A DNA stretch of 45,927 bases from Acidimicrobiaceae bacterium (GTDB taxonomy: Bacteria > Actinomycetota > Acidimicrobiia > Acidimicrobiales > Bog-793): positions 1 through 45,927 of the forward strand of contig DAHXNN010000022.1 of assembly GCA_027365385.1 (NCBI GenBank), read 5' to 3'. The translations under genes were made by a program, and so were the position numbers. The stretch's first letter is position 1, and each line of letters begins with the position of its first letter. Shown piece by piece: positions 7,633 to 16,074 of the stretch. The notes under the pieces are model-generated. The model was not told where the DNA came from, searched no databases, and saw only the letters and a list, made by a program, of their open reading frames with translations.

Positions 7633-9324
7633 ATGGGCTTTCTCTGGACGATCGTCACGCTCGTCGTCGCCCTCGGCCTGACGTGGCGCTACCTCGGCTC
7701 GTACATGGCGGCAGTGTTCGACGGGCGTGTCCATTTCCTCGGCGCCGTCGAGCGCCCGCTCTACAGAGCGCTCGGCACGAGCCCCGACCGAGAGCAGACC
7801 TGGCGCCGATACGCGATCTCTGTCGTCGCCTTCTCCGGCGTCTCCTTTGCGCTCACCTACCTGCTGCTGCGGATCCAAGGATCCCTGCCGCTCAACCCGC
7901 AGCACCTCGGCGCTGTCGGTCCCGCGCTCAGCTTCAACACCGCTGCGTCGTTCCTCACGAACACGAACTGGCAGAACTACGGCGGAGAGACCACCATGTC
8001 GTACTTCTCCCAGATCGGCGCCCTCACGGTCCAGCAGTTCGTGAGCCCGGCGGTCGGGATCGTGGCTGCCATCGCGCTCGTGCGTGGATTCGCGCGCAAG
8101 GAGTCCGCGACGATCGGCAACTTCTGGGTCGACCTCGTCCGCTGCCTGTTCTACGTGCTGCTTCCCATTGCGTTCCTCGCTGGCATCGTCTTCGTCGGCC
8201 AGGGCGCAGTCCAGACGCTCGCGGGGACAGTGAGCATCCACGACGCGATGAACGGCGTCACGCAGACGATCGCGCGTGGGCCAATCGGCTTCATGGAGGC
8301 GATCAAGCAGCTCGGCACGAACGGCGGCGGCTTCCTCAACGCGAACTCCGCCACCCCGTACGAGAACCCGACCGCCCTCACGAACTGGCTATCGATCTAC
8401 CTGCTGCTCGCAATACCCTTCTCGCTCACCTACACCTTCGGCAAGTTGGTCGGCAGCGTCCGTCAGGGCCGGGCGCTCCTCGCCGCGATGGTCCTCATCT
8501 TCGGCGTCTGGGTCGGTTTTACGAGCTACTCCGAGCACCAGGGCAACCCTGCGGTCGCGGCAGCCGGCATCGTGCACCAGCCCACTGGGAACATGGTGGG
8601 CAAGGAGGTCCGCTTCGGCGACACGTCGTCCGCCTTGTTCGCGGTGGCCTCGACGCAGACCTCGACGGGCTCGGCGGACGCCTCCTACGACTCGTTCACG
8701 CCCATGGGCGGCTTCGGGCTGCTGACCGGGATGATGCTCGGGGAGGTGACGCCGGGGGGCACGGGCACCGGTCTCTACACCATGCTTATCTACGCGATCG
8801 TCGCCGTCTTCATCGGGGGCTTGATGATCGGCCGGACGCCGGAGTACCTCGGCAAGAAGATCCAGGCCAAGGAGGTGAAGCTCGCCGGTCTCGGCTCCCT
8901 CGTCATGCCGCTCGTGGTGCTCGTGCTCACGGCCATCGCCGTCTCGGTCCACGCGGGACGGATCGGGCCGCTCAACTCTGGTCCGCACGGCTTCACAGAG
9001 ATCCTCTACGCGCTGACGTCCCAGGGCAACAACAACGGATCGGCCTTCGGCGGGCTCAGCGGCAACACTCCCTTCTACAACGTCGTCGGAGCGATCGACA
9101 TGCTCATCGGCCGGTTCGGGATCATGATCCCGGCCCTCGCGCTCGGTGGGTCGCTCGCCGCGAAGAACGTCGTGCCCGAATCCCTCGGCACGTTCCGCAC
9201 GGACAACACGATGTTCGTCGGCCTCGTCATCGGCGTCATCGTCATCATCGGCGGGCTGACCTTCTTCCCCGCCATCTCCCTCGGCCCGATCGTCGAGCAG
9301 CTGGGCCACGGGAAGTTCTTCTAG
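7633..9324 (+). CDS. kdpA: K+-transporting ATPase subunit A
   Basis: 563 aa polytopic protein with KdpA selectivity-filter-like segments (NTNWQNYGGE, GTNGGGF, SGNT). Correct position in kdpFABC. Confidence 0.97.
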   Translation: MGFLWTIVTLVVALGLTWRYLGSYMAAVFDGRVHFLGAVERPLYRALGTSPDREQTWRRYAISVVAFSGVSFALTYLLLRIQGSLPLNPQHLGAVGPALSFNTAASFLTNTNWQNYGGETTMSYFSQIGALTVQQFVSPAVGIVAAIALVRGFARKESATIGNFWVDLVRCLFYVLLPIAFLAGIVFVGQGAVQTLAGTVSIHDAMNGVTQTIARGPIGFMEAIKQLGTNGGGFLNANSATPYENPTALTNWLSIYLLLAIPFSLTYTFGKLVGSVRQGRALLAAMVLIFGVWVGFTSYSEHQGNPAVAAAGIVHQPTGNMVGKEVRFGDTSSALFAVASTQTSTGSADASYDSFTPMGGFGLLTGMMLGEVTPGGTGTGLYTMLIYAIVAVFIGGLMIGRTPEYLGKKIQAKEVKLAGLGSLVMPLVVLVLTAIAVSVHAGRIGPLNSGPHGFTEILYALTSQGNNNGSAFGGLSGNTPFYNVVGAIDMLIGRFGIMIPALALGGSLAAKNVVPESLGTFRTDNTMFVGLVIGVIVIIGGLTFFPAISLGPIVEQLGHGKFF

Positions 9325-11493
9325 ATGGAGCGCACGGAAATGGACGACGCAGGACAGGTCGACGCAGGACAGGTCGACGCAGGACAGGTCGACACAGGAC
9401 AGGTCGACGCAGGACAGGTTGGGACGGCCAAGGTTGGGACGGCTCAGGTCGAGACGGCACCGAAGGCCTCCGGTCAGGGCGTCGCCCGGTCGCGCAGCCT
9501 GTTCGACCGCGAGATCCTCGCCCAGGCCCTCGGCGGGTCGGTCAGGAAGCTCGACCCCCGTGTCCAGGTGCGCAACCCGGTCATGTTCGTCGTGCTCGTC
9601 GGGACGATCGTCACCTTCGTCGAGGCGATAGCGCACCCGAGCACGTTCAGCTGGTCCATCACGATCTGGCTGTTCCTCACCGTGGTCTTCGCGAACTTCG
9701 CCGAGGCGATGGCCGAGGGCCGAGGCAAGGCTCAGGCAGACACGCTCCGCCGAATGCGCTCGGAGGCCGAGGCTCGACGACTCCGCGCCGACCGCACCGA
9801 GGAGCGGGTAGCGGCGGCGGAGCTCGCCCGGGGCGACCTCGTCGTCTGCGAGGCGGGCGATCTCGTCCCCTCCGACGGCGAGATCGTCGAAGGGATCGCG
9901 TCGGTCGACGAGTCCGCTATCACCGGCGAGTCGGCACCGGTGATCCGGGAGTCCGGCGGCGACCGCTCCGCAGTGACCGGTGGCACGAAGGTCCTCTCGG
10001 ACCGGATCGTCGTGCGCATCACGGCCGAGCGCGGCAAGACCTTCCTCGACCGGATGATCTCTCTCGTGGAGGGGGCGAACCGCCAGAAGACACCCAACGA
10101 GATCGCCCTCACGATCCTGCTCGCGGCGCTCACGATCGTGTTCCTCCCCGTCGTGGTCACGCTGCAGCCCTTCGGCCACTTCTCCGGTGCATCGGTGTCG
10201 GTCGTCGTCCTCGTCGCCCTCCTCGTCTGCCTGATCCCGACGACCATCGGCGCCCTGCTCTCCGCGATCGGCATCGCCGGAATGGACCGGCTGGTCCAGC
10301 GCAACGTGCTCGCGATGAGCGGGCGTGCAGTAGAGGCGGCGGGCGACGTCCAGACGCTCCTGCTCGACAAGACCGGCACCATCACGCTCGGCAACCGGAT
10401 GGCGGCCGCCTTCCTGCCGACGGCTGGTCACACCGAGGAGGAGCTCGCGGACGCCGCGCAGCTCGCGTCGCTCGCGGACGAGACCCCCGAAGGGCGCTCC
10501 ATCGTCGTGCTTGCGAAGCAGCGCTTCGATCTCCGGGAGCGGGAGCTGGCGCCCGACCACGAGTTCGTCCCGTTCTCGGCGAACACGCGGATGTCGGGCC
10601 TCGACATCGGAGGTCGCTCGGTCCGCAAGGGTGCTGCCGAGTCGGTGCGCCGCTGGGCTGTCGAGCAAGGAGGCACCGTCCCCGAGGGACTCGACGAAGC
10701 GGTCGGCCAGGTCGCTCGCGCCGGGTCGACGCCCCTCGTCGTCGCAGACGGTCCGACGATCCTCGGCGTCATCGAGCTGAAGGACGTGGTGAAGCAAGGT
10801 ATCAAGGAGAAATTCGCGGAGATGCGCCAGATGGGCATCCGGACGGTCATGATCACGGGCGACAACCCCCTCACCGCGGCGGCGATCGCAGAGGAGGCCG
10901 GCGTCGACGACTACCTCGCCGAGGCGACGCCCGAGACGAAGATGGAGCTCATCAAGGCCGAGCAGGAGGGCGGCAAGCTCGTCGCGATGACGGGCGACGG
11001 CACGAACGACGCGCCGGCACTCGCGCAGGCCGACGTCGGCGTCGCGATGAACACGGGGACCACGGCCGCGAAGGAGGCCGGCAACATGGTCGACCTCGAC
11101 TCGAACCCCACGAAGCTCATCGACGTCGTCGAGATCGGCAAGCAGCTCCTCATCACGAGGGGGTCGCTCACGACGTTCTCGATCGCAAACGACGTGGCGA
11201 AGTACTTCGCGATCATCCCGGCACTCTTCGTCGCTACCTACCCCCAGCTCAACACGTTGAACATCATGAAGCTCCACTCGCCACAGAGCGCCGTGCTCTC
11301 GGCGGTGATCTTCAACGCTCTCGTCATCATCGCCCTGATCCCCCTGGCGCTTCGAGGCGTGAAGTTCCGCGCGACCGGCTCGGCAGCGATACTCCGCCGC
11401 AACGTCGCCGTCTACGGCGTCGGCGGGATCGTCACGCCGTTCGTGTTCATCAAGCTCATCGACCTCGTCCTCACGGCGCTGCACGCCTACTGA
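9325..11493 (+). CDS. kdpB: K+-transporting P-type ATPase subunit B, with a repeat-containing N-terminal extension
   Basis: DKTGTIT phosphorylation site, [24 protein letters not shown] 9325 directly follows the kdpA stop. There is no alternative canonical start downstream of the repeats. Confidence 0.97.
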   Translation: MERTEMDDAGQVDAGQVDAGQVDTGQVDAGQVGTAKVGTAQVETAPKASGQGVARSRSLFDREILAQALGGSVRKLDPRVQVRNPVMFVVLVGTIVTFVEAIAHPSTFSWSITIWLFLTVVFANFAEAMAEGRGKAQADTLRRMRSEAEARRLRADRTEERVAAAELARGDLVVCEAGDLVPSDGEIVEGIASVDESAITGESAPVIRESGGDRSAVTGGTKVLSDRIVVRITAERGKTFLDRMISLVEGANRQKTPNEIALTILLAALTIVFLPVVVTLQPFGHFSGASVSVVVLVALLVCLIPTTIGALLSAIGIAGMDRLVQRNVLAMSGRAVEAAGDVQTLLLDKTGTITLGNRMAAAFLPTAGHTEEELADAAQLASLADETPEGRSIVVLAKQRFDLRERELAPDHEFVPFSANTRMSGLDIGGRSVRKGAAESVRRWAVEQGGTVPEGLDEAVGQVARAGSTPLVVADGPTILGVIELKDVVKQGIKEKFAEMRQMGIRTVMITGDNPLTAAAIAEEAGVDDYLAEATPETKMELIKAEQEGGKLVAMTGDGTNDAPALAQADVGVAMNTGTTAAKEAGNMVDLDSNPTKLIDVVEIGKQLLITRGSLTTFSIANDVAKYFAIIPALFVATYPQLNTLNIMKLHSPQSAVLSAVIFNALVIIALIPLALRGVKFRATGSAAILRRNVAVYGVGGIVTPFVFIKLIDLVLTALHAY
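9346..9450 (+). repeat. 15-nt in-frame tandem repeat (GACGCAGGACAGGTC x5 with 2 single mismatches, then 2 degenerate units) encoding (DAGQV)n in the KdpB N-terminus
   Basis: Read directly: units at 9346, 9361, 9376, 9391, 9406, and degenerate units at 9421 and 9436. Confidence 0.95.
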
Positions 11494-11506
11494 TGGAGAC
11501 TCTCTG

Positions 11507-12115
11507 ATGCTCACCTACCTCCGCCGATCCGTCGTCATGGCGGCGATCTCGCTCGTCGTCTTCGGCTTCCTCTACGCGCTTGCCGGCACTGGCGTCGCGC
11601 AGCTCCTCTTCCGCCACCAAGCGGACGGCTCGATCACCGCGAACGGCTCGACGCTCATCGGCCAGAGCTGGACGAGCCCGCGGTGGTTCCACGGTCGCCC
11701 CGACGACACCGGTCCCTACGCTGCGAACCCGAAGAAGGGAATCGCGGGTGGCGACAACCCGCTCCTTGCGAACGGCGTGGCCGGCGAATCAGGTGCGACG
11801 AACCTCGGTCCCCGCTCGAAGGTCCTACTCGCCGACACAAAGGCACTCGTCACCTACCGGCACCGGCTCGGCGTCGACCCGACCGAGGACCTCGTCACGA
11901 CCTCGGGAAGTGGCTACGACCCGGACATCACCCCGCTCGACGCGGTCGTGCAGATCCCGATGGTCGCGAAGGCGACAGGCATCTCGCAATCCGCGCTGCG
12001 CCACCTCGTCGCCGCCGAGACCCACGGCGCGGAGCTCGGCTTCCTCGGCAGCAGCTACGTCGACGTCCTCCAGCTCAACGAGGGGCTCGCGCGCCTCGAG
12101 CGGGCTGGGCACTGA
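11507..12115 (+). CDS. kdpC: K+-transporting ATPase subunit C
   Basis: N-terminal TM helix, then FRHQADGS...GSTLIGQSW...F.GRP and ...SGSGYDPDITP motifs typical of KdpC. Confidence 0.95.
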   Translation: MLTYLRRSVVMAAISLVVFGFLYALAGTGVAQLLFRHQADGSITANGSTLIGQSWTSPRWFHGRPDDTGPYAANPKKGIAGGDNPLLANGVAGESGATNLGPRSKVLLADTKALVTYRHRLGVDPTEDLVTTSGSGYDPDITPLDAVVQIPMVAKATGISQSALRHLVAAETHGAELGFLGSSYVDVLQLNEGLARLERAGH

Positions 12116-12128
12116 CACGGCATCGCCC

Positions 12129-12458
12129 GTGCGCCACGAGCCGCCCCCACCCGAGCCGGGGCACCGCCCGCCCTCCGCGTCGCCCGGGCCGGCCCGGGCC
12201 ACGCGGGTCGCCGACGCGATCCCCCGGCGCCCGCTCTCTGTCCACGGCGTCGTCACCGCGGTCACCGTGCGCGAGGCGACGGGACCCGTCCTCGACGCGA
12301 CCCTCGACGACGGCACGGGAGTCGTCGAGCTCACCTTCTTCGGGCGACGGTCGGTGCCCGGGATCGTGCCCGGGGCATCCGTCGCGGCCGAGGGCGTCGC
12401 GCTCCTCGCCCACGGGCACCTCACCCTGCTCAACCCCCGCTACCGGTTCACAACCTGA
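12129..12458 (+). CDS. small OB-fold (nucleic-acid-binding-type) domain protein with a Pro-rich N-terminus
   Basis: SVHGVVTAVTVREATGPVLDATLDDGTGVVELTFFGRRSVPGIVPGASVAAEGV resembles actinobacterial OB-fold proteins. GTG 12129 is the first start after the kdpC stop. The upstream part of track ORF 11580..12458 is out-of-frame overlap. Confidence 0.6.
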   Translation: MRHEPPPPEPGHRPPSASPGPARATRVADAIPRRPLSVHGVVTAVTVREATGPVLDATLDDGTGVVELTFFGRRSVPGIVPGASVAAEGVALLAHGHLTLLNPRYRFTT

Positions 12459-12532
12459 GCAAGGGCGCCTCGGTGCCGGACGGCGGGAGCGCCAGACGCG
12501 ACACGGTCGCCAGCATCGGCGCGCGGCCGCCG

Positions 12533-13213
12533 TCACACGGCCACGAGCTGGTAGCCGATGCCCGGGTGCGTCCGTAGCATCTCGCCGGCGGGCTCGCCGA
12601 GCTTGCGGCGCACGCGGTGGGCATAGACGCGCAGGTAGTGCGACTCCCCGCCGTACTCGGCGCCCCAGACGTCTCGCAGGATCATGTGCTGGGTGCAGAC
12701 CTTGCCGGCCCGGCGCGCCAGGTAGGCCAGGAAGTCGAACTCACGCGACGTGAGCTCGAGGTCGCGCCCGCCGACACGGCCCGCGTGGCCAACGAGATCG
12801 AGCTCGAGATCGCCCACGACGATCTCGGTGGGCTCGGCCCCGGCGACGACCCGGGAGTGGCGGAGCGCGACCCGAAGGCGAGCCTCGAGCTCGGCCATGC
12901 CGAACGGCTTCGTCACGTAGTCGTCGGCACCGCCGTCGAGGGCTGCGACCTTACGCTGCTCGTCGCCCGACGCGGAGAGCACGACGATCGGCACCGACGA
13001 CCATTCGCGCACCCGGCGGCACACCTGCGTACCGTCGAGGTCCGGCAGACCCAGGTCGAGAAGGACGACGTCGGGAGAGACGAGCGCCACCTGGCTGATG
13101 CCGTCCTCGGCGGTGCGGGCGACGACCACGTCGTACCCCCGCGCCGACAGCCCGATGCGCAGCGCCTTGCACAGCGACAGGTCGTCGTCGACCACGAGCA
13201 CCCGCGCCGTCAC
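12533..13213 (-). CDS. kdpE: OmpR-family response regulator KdpE
   Basis: Receiver domain (VLVVDDD ... LLDLGLPDLDG ... KP) plus winged-helix output (LTSREFDFLAYLARRAGKV...LRVYAHRVRRKL). GTG 13213 overlaps the kinase stop (GTGA). Confidence 0.92.
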   Translation of the reverse strand: MTARVLVVDDDLSLCKALRIGLSARGYDVVVARTAEDGISQVALVSPDVVLLDLGLPDLDGTQVCRRVREWSSVPIVVLSASGDEQRKVAALDGGADDYVTKPFGMAELEARLRVALRHSRVVAGAEPTEIVVGDLELDLVGHAGRVGGRDLELTSREFDFLAYLARRAGKVCTQHMILRDVWGAEYGGESHYLRVYAHRVRRKLGEPAGEMLRTHPGIGYQLVAV

Positions 13214-14736
13214 GGCACCTCCGCGTGGCGACGGGCGCGCGGAAGCGTGAACGCGAACCGAGCACCACCGCCGCGACGCTCGGCCGCGGTGATCGTCCCG
13301 CCGTGAGCCTCGACGAAGGCCTTTGCGATCGTCAGACCGAGCCCTGCCCGCCCTCCACCCGCTCCGTTGCGGCTGAACATTGCGAAGACGCGCTCGCGAT
13401 CGCCCTCGGCGACGCCTGGGCCGCGGTCCTCGACGGCGACCTCGACCGCGCCGCCAGCGGCGCGGGCGGAGAGCTCGACCGCTGTCCCGTCCGGCGCATA
13501 GCGGCCCGCGTTCTCGATGAGGTTGACGAGCACCTGGACGGCGAGAAGGTGGTCGACCCAGACGGCGGGCAAGGTGAGGGGGAAGGAGGTCGAGACGCGA
13601 CCCGGCCATCCCGGGCCGAGCACGACGAGCGCCTCGGAAAGCAGCTCCTCTACGGTCGTCTCCCCGAGGTCGAGCCGGAGCGCTCCGGCCTCGATCTGCG
13701 CCATGCCGAGGAGGTTCGCGACGAGCCTCTCGAGCCGGTCCGCCTGCGCCTCGACCAGACCGAGCAGCTCCTGCTCGTCCTCGCGGCACAAGGAGACGTC
13801 GTCGCTGCGCAGATCCGACACGGCCGCCTTCACCGTGGCGAGCGGCGTGCGCAGGTCGTGCGAGACCGCACCGAGCATCGCCCGACGCCACCGATCCGCC
13901 TGCTCGAGGCGCTCGCTGCGCTCGGCCCGGCTGCGGAGCTGCTCCCGTTCGATCGCGAGCGCCGCGTGGTTCGCGAAGGTGCGCAGAAGCTCGAGCCCGT
14001 GCGCGCCCGGCACCACGCCGGCGACGGCCAGGATCCCGACGGGGCGACCCGCGACGCCGAGAGCCAGAGCGACCGTGCCGTCGGCGCCGGACGGTGGGAC
14101 GGCTCGGCTACGGACCTCACCGCCCGAGGGAGACACGGCGCTGAGCTCGTCGCCACGAAGCGGCGCTCCGGCCCACGCCGCGACGTCGAGACCAGCTGCC
14201 GAGGGCGGCTCGCGACCGGCCAGCCCGCTCCTGTCGTCGGAGGAGGCCGGGAGGAGCAGGGCAACCGAGCGGAGATCGAAGACCTCGTGGACCGTCGTGA
14301 CGACGAGGTCGAGCAGCTCGGCGAGTGGCGTCTCACCGATGAGCACGTCGGAGAGCTCGAGCAAGGTACGCGCGTCGTCCTCCCGGTGGCGCGCCTCCGC
14401 GCGCGCGGCTGCGAGGCGCGCCACGATACGGGCGACGACGAGCAGGACGGCGACGTAGACCCCGAGCGCCACCCAGTTCTCGCCGGCACCGACCGACAAG
14501 GTCCCGTAGGGAGGGATGAAGAGCAGGTCGTAGACGAGGAAGCCGACCGAGACAGCGAGCACCCCTGCCGCGAAGCCCCCCGTCGCGACAGCGAGCACGA
14601 CGGGCACCACGAGGACGAGAGCAGCCGTCGCGACACCGACGTGCGAGCGGAGCGGCATCATGACGGCGCTCACCACTGCGTCCCCGGCGACCGCCGTAAG
14701 CGCCCCGAGAACAAAACGTCTCGATTGTCCACTCAC
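13210..14736 (-). CDS. kdpD: KdpD C-terminal half: 4-TM (DUF4118-type) + GAF + HisKA + HATPase sensor kinase
   Basis: Four N-terminal TM helices, H-box AMLGAVSHDLRTPLA, N-box NLIENAGRYAP, DRGPGV, GLGLTIAKAFVEAHGG. A strong SD (GGAGAGGAG) lies 7 nt upstream of GTG 14736. It lacks the KdpD-N/Usp domains. Confidence 0.9.
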   Translation of the reverse strand: MSGQSRRFVLGALTAVAGDAVVSAVMMPLRSHVGVATAALVLVVPVVLAVATGGFAAGVLAVSVGFLVYDLLFIPPYGTLSVGAGENWVALGVYVAVLLVVARIVARLAAARAEARHREDDARTLLELSDVLIGETPLAELLDLVVTTVHEVFDLRSVALLLPASSDDRSGLAGREPPSAAGLDVAAWAGAPLRGDELSAVSPSGGEVRSRAVPPSGADGTVALALGVAGRPVGILAVAGVVPGAHGLELLRTFANHAALAIEREQLRSRAERSERLEQADRWRRAMLGAVSHDLRTPLATVKAAVSDLRSDDVSLCREDEQELLGLVEAQADRLERLVANLLGMAQIEAGALRLDLGETTVEELLSEALVVLGPGWPGRVSTSFPLTLPAVWVDHLLAVQVLVNLIENAGRYAPDGTAVELSARAAGGAVEVAVEDRGPGVAEGDRERVFAMFSRNGAGGGRAGLGLTIAKAFVEAHGGTITAAERRGGGARFAFTLPRARRHAEVP

Positions 14737-14783
14737 GGCGCGCTCCTCTCCCCCAGGCTAGCGGTGCGGGAGGTCCGGGGGGC

Positions 14784-14853
14784 GCTCGACGCTCGACGCT
14801 CGACGCTCGACGCTCGACGCTCGACGCTCGACGCTCGACGCTCGACGCTCGAC
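14784..14853. repeat. perfect heptanucleotide tandem array (GCTCGAC)x10 in the divergent intergenic region between the two KdpD halves
   Basis: Counted unit by unit from 14784 to 14853: ten identical copies with no interruption. Confidence 0.97.
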
Positions 14854-14865
14854 AACAATGGCGGC

Positions 14866-16035
14866 ATGCACGATGCGATGTACGCGCCGGACGACGAGCA
14901 GGTCAACCCGACCGGGAGGTTCCGCATCTACCTCGGCGCGGTCGCAGGTGTCGGCAAGACGTGCGCGATGCTCGACGAGGGGTGGCGCCGGCACGAGCGG
15001 GGCGGAGACGTGGTCGTCGGGTTCGTGGAGACCCACGGCCGGGCGCACACCGTCGAGCAGCTGCGCGACCTCGAGGTGGTACCGAGAAAGCACGCCGGGC
15101 ACAGGGGCGCTGACTTCGAGGAGATGGACCTCGATGCCATCCTCGAGCGCCGACCGGAGATCGTCCTCGTCGACGAGCTCGCCCACACGAACGTGCCGGG
15201 CTCTGGACGCCACGAGAAGCGCTGGGAGGACGTCGTCGAGATCCTGGACGCCGGCATCGCGGTGGTGAGCACTGTCAACGTCCAGCACCTCGAGAGCATC
15301 GCCGACGCGGTCGAGCAGATCACCGGCGTCGCGGTCCGTGAACGCGTCCCGGACTGGGTCGTCCGCCGGGCAGACCAGCTCGAGCTCATCGACTCGTCGC
15401 CCCAACAGCTGCGCCGGCGCATGATGCACGGCAACGTCTACCCACCGGACAAGGTGGAGGGCGCGCTCGCCGGCTTCTTCCGCACCGAGAACCTCGTGGC
15501 GCTACGCGAGCTCGCGCTCCGCTTCGTGGCCGACGAGACCGAGGAGGAGCTGCTCGCCTACCTCGAGAGCCATCACCAGACGGCCGTCTGGGACACGAGC
15601 GAGCGCATCCTGGTCGCGGTCACCGGGGCACCGGGGACACCGGGCGTCGTCCGGCGCGCAGCGCGGATCGCTGCTCGCGTGAAAGCAGAGCTCCACGTCG
15701 TCCACGTCGTCACGGACGCCACGAGCTCCGGGGCGAGGCACACGATCGACGAGGTCCACCAGCTCGCGGACGACGTCGGAGCGACATGGCACGACGTCTC
15801 CGGGGACGACCCCGCTCGCACACTCGTGAGCTTCGCCTCAGAGCACCAGATCACCCAGATCGTGCTCGGCTCGAGCCGCCGGGGGCGCTTCGAGGAGCTG
15901 ACGCGCGGATCCGTCGTGAGCCGCGTGCTCCGCTTCGCCGCCGAGGAGGGCGTCGACGTGCACGTCATCGCCCGCCGGGATCACTCTGAGCAGCGGGATC
16001 ACTCTGAGTCGGCCGGGGCCGCCGAGATCACCTGA
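14866..16035 (+). CDS. KdpD N-terminal half as a stand-alone protein: KdpD-N (Walker-A-like) domain + Usp domain
   Basis: RIYLGAVAGVGKTCAML, VDELAHTN, VSTVNVQHLES, SPQQLRRRMMHGNVY (KdpD-N), then the Usp-like ILVAVTGAPG...ELHVVHV...IVLGSSRRGRF. It ends with its own stop. AACAAT (14854-59) lies 6 nt before ATG 14866. Confidence 0.88.
   Translation: MHDAMYAPDDEQVNPTGRFRIYLGAVAGVGKTCAMLDEGWRRHERGGDVVVGFVETHGRAHTVEQLRDLEVVPRKHAGHRGADFEEMDLDAILERRPEIVLVDELAHTNVPGSGRHEKRWEDVVEILDAGIAVVSTVNVQHLESIADAVEQITGVAVRERVPDWVVRRADQLELIDSSPQQLRRRMMHGNVYPPDKVEGALAGFFRTENLVALRELALRFVADETEEELLAYLESHHQTAVWDTSERILVAVTGAPGTPGVVRRAARIAARVKAELHVVHVVTDATSSGARHTIDEVHQLADDVGATWHDVSGDDPARTLVSFASEHQITQIVLGSSRRGRFEELTRGSVVSRVLRFAAEEGVDVHVIARRDHSEQRDHSESAGAAEIT
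15976..16011 (+). repeat. 18-nt in-frame tandem duplication (CGGGATCACTCTGAG+3 nt, x2) encoding RDHSEQ/RDHSES at the C-terminus of the KdpD-N protein
   Basis: Read directly: 15976-15993 and 15994-16011 differ only in the last 3 nt. Confidence 0.9.
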
Positions 16036-16074
16036 GCGCCGCTGCCACAGGCACCGTGAGGTCCGCGTAACGCT

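Noticed and set aside
6304-8241. Full 645-aa extent of the aldo/keto reductase ORF
   Set aside because: AKR homology begins at METRRLGK (ATG 7287). The upstream 318 codons run through the intergenic region and antisense to kdpF/kdpA.
7623-11507. 1294-aa ORF on the + strand spanning kdpA and kdpB in another frame
   Set aside because: The translation is Arg/Pro/Gly-rich low-complexity sequence with no recognisable motifs. It overlaps two unmistakable genes (kdpA, kdpB) out of frame. This is a typical high-GC open-frame artefact.
8389-11514. 1041-aa antisense ORF opposite kdpA/kdpB
   Set aside because: It lies antisense to strongly conserved genes, and its Arg/Asp/Glu/Gly-rich composition mirrors the sense codons. 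It has no domain signature.
14784-14853. Tandem repeat arrays (here and at 9346 and 31494) as possible CRISPR arrays
   Set aside because: The units are 7-15 bp and directly adjacent, with no spacers. No cas genes are present. They are micro/minisatellites, not CRISPR.
14764-14866. Upstream GTG 14764 as the true start of the KdpD-N protein, which would translate the heptamer array as (STLDARR)n
   Set aside because: It would put the start only 27 bp from the divergent kinase start, on top of that gene's SD, leaving no promoter space. ATG 14866 has the leaderless -10 geometry and matches where KdpD homology begins. It is retained only as a testable alternative.
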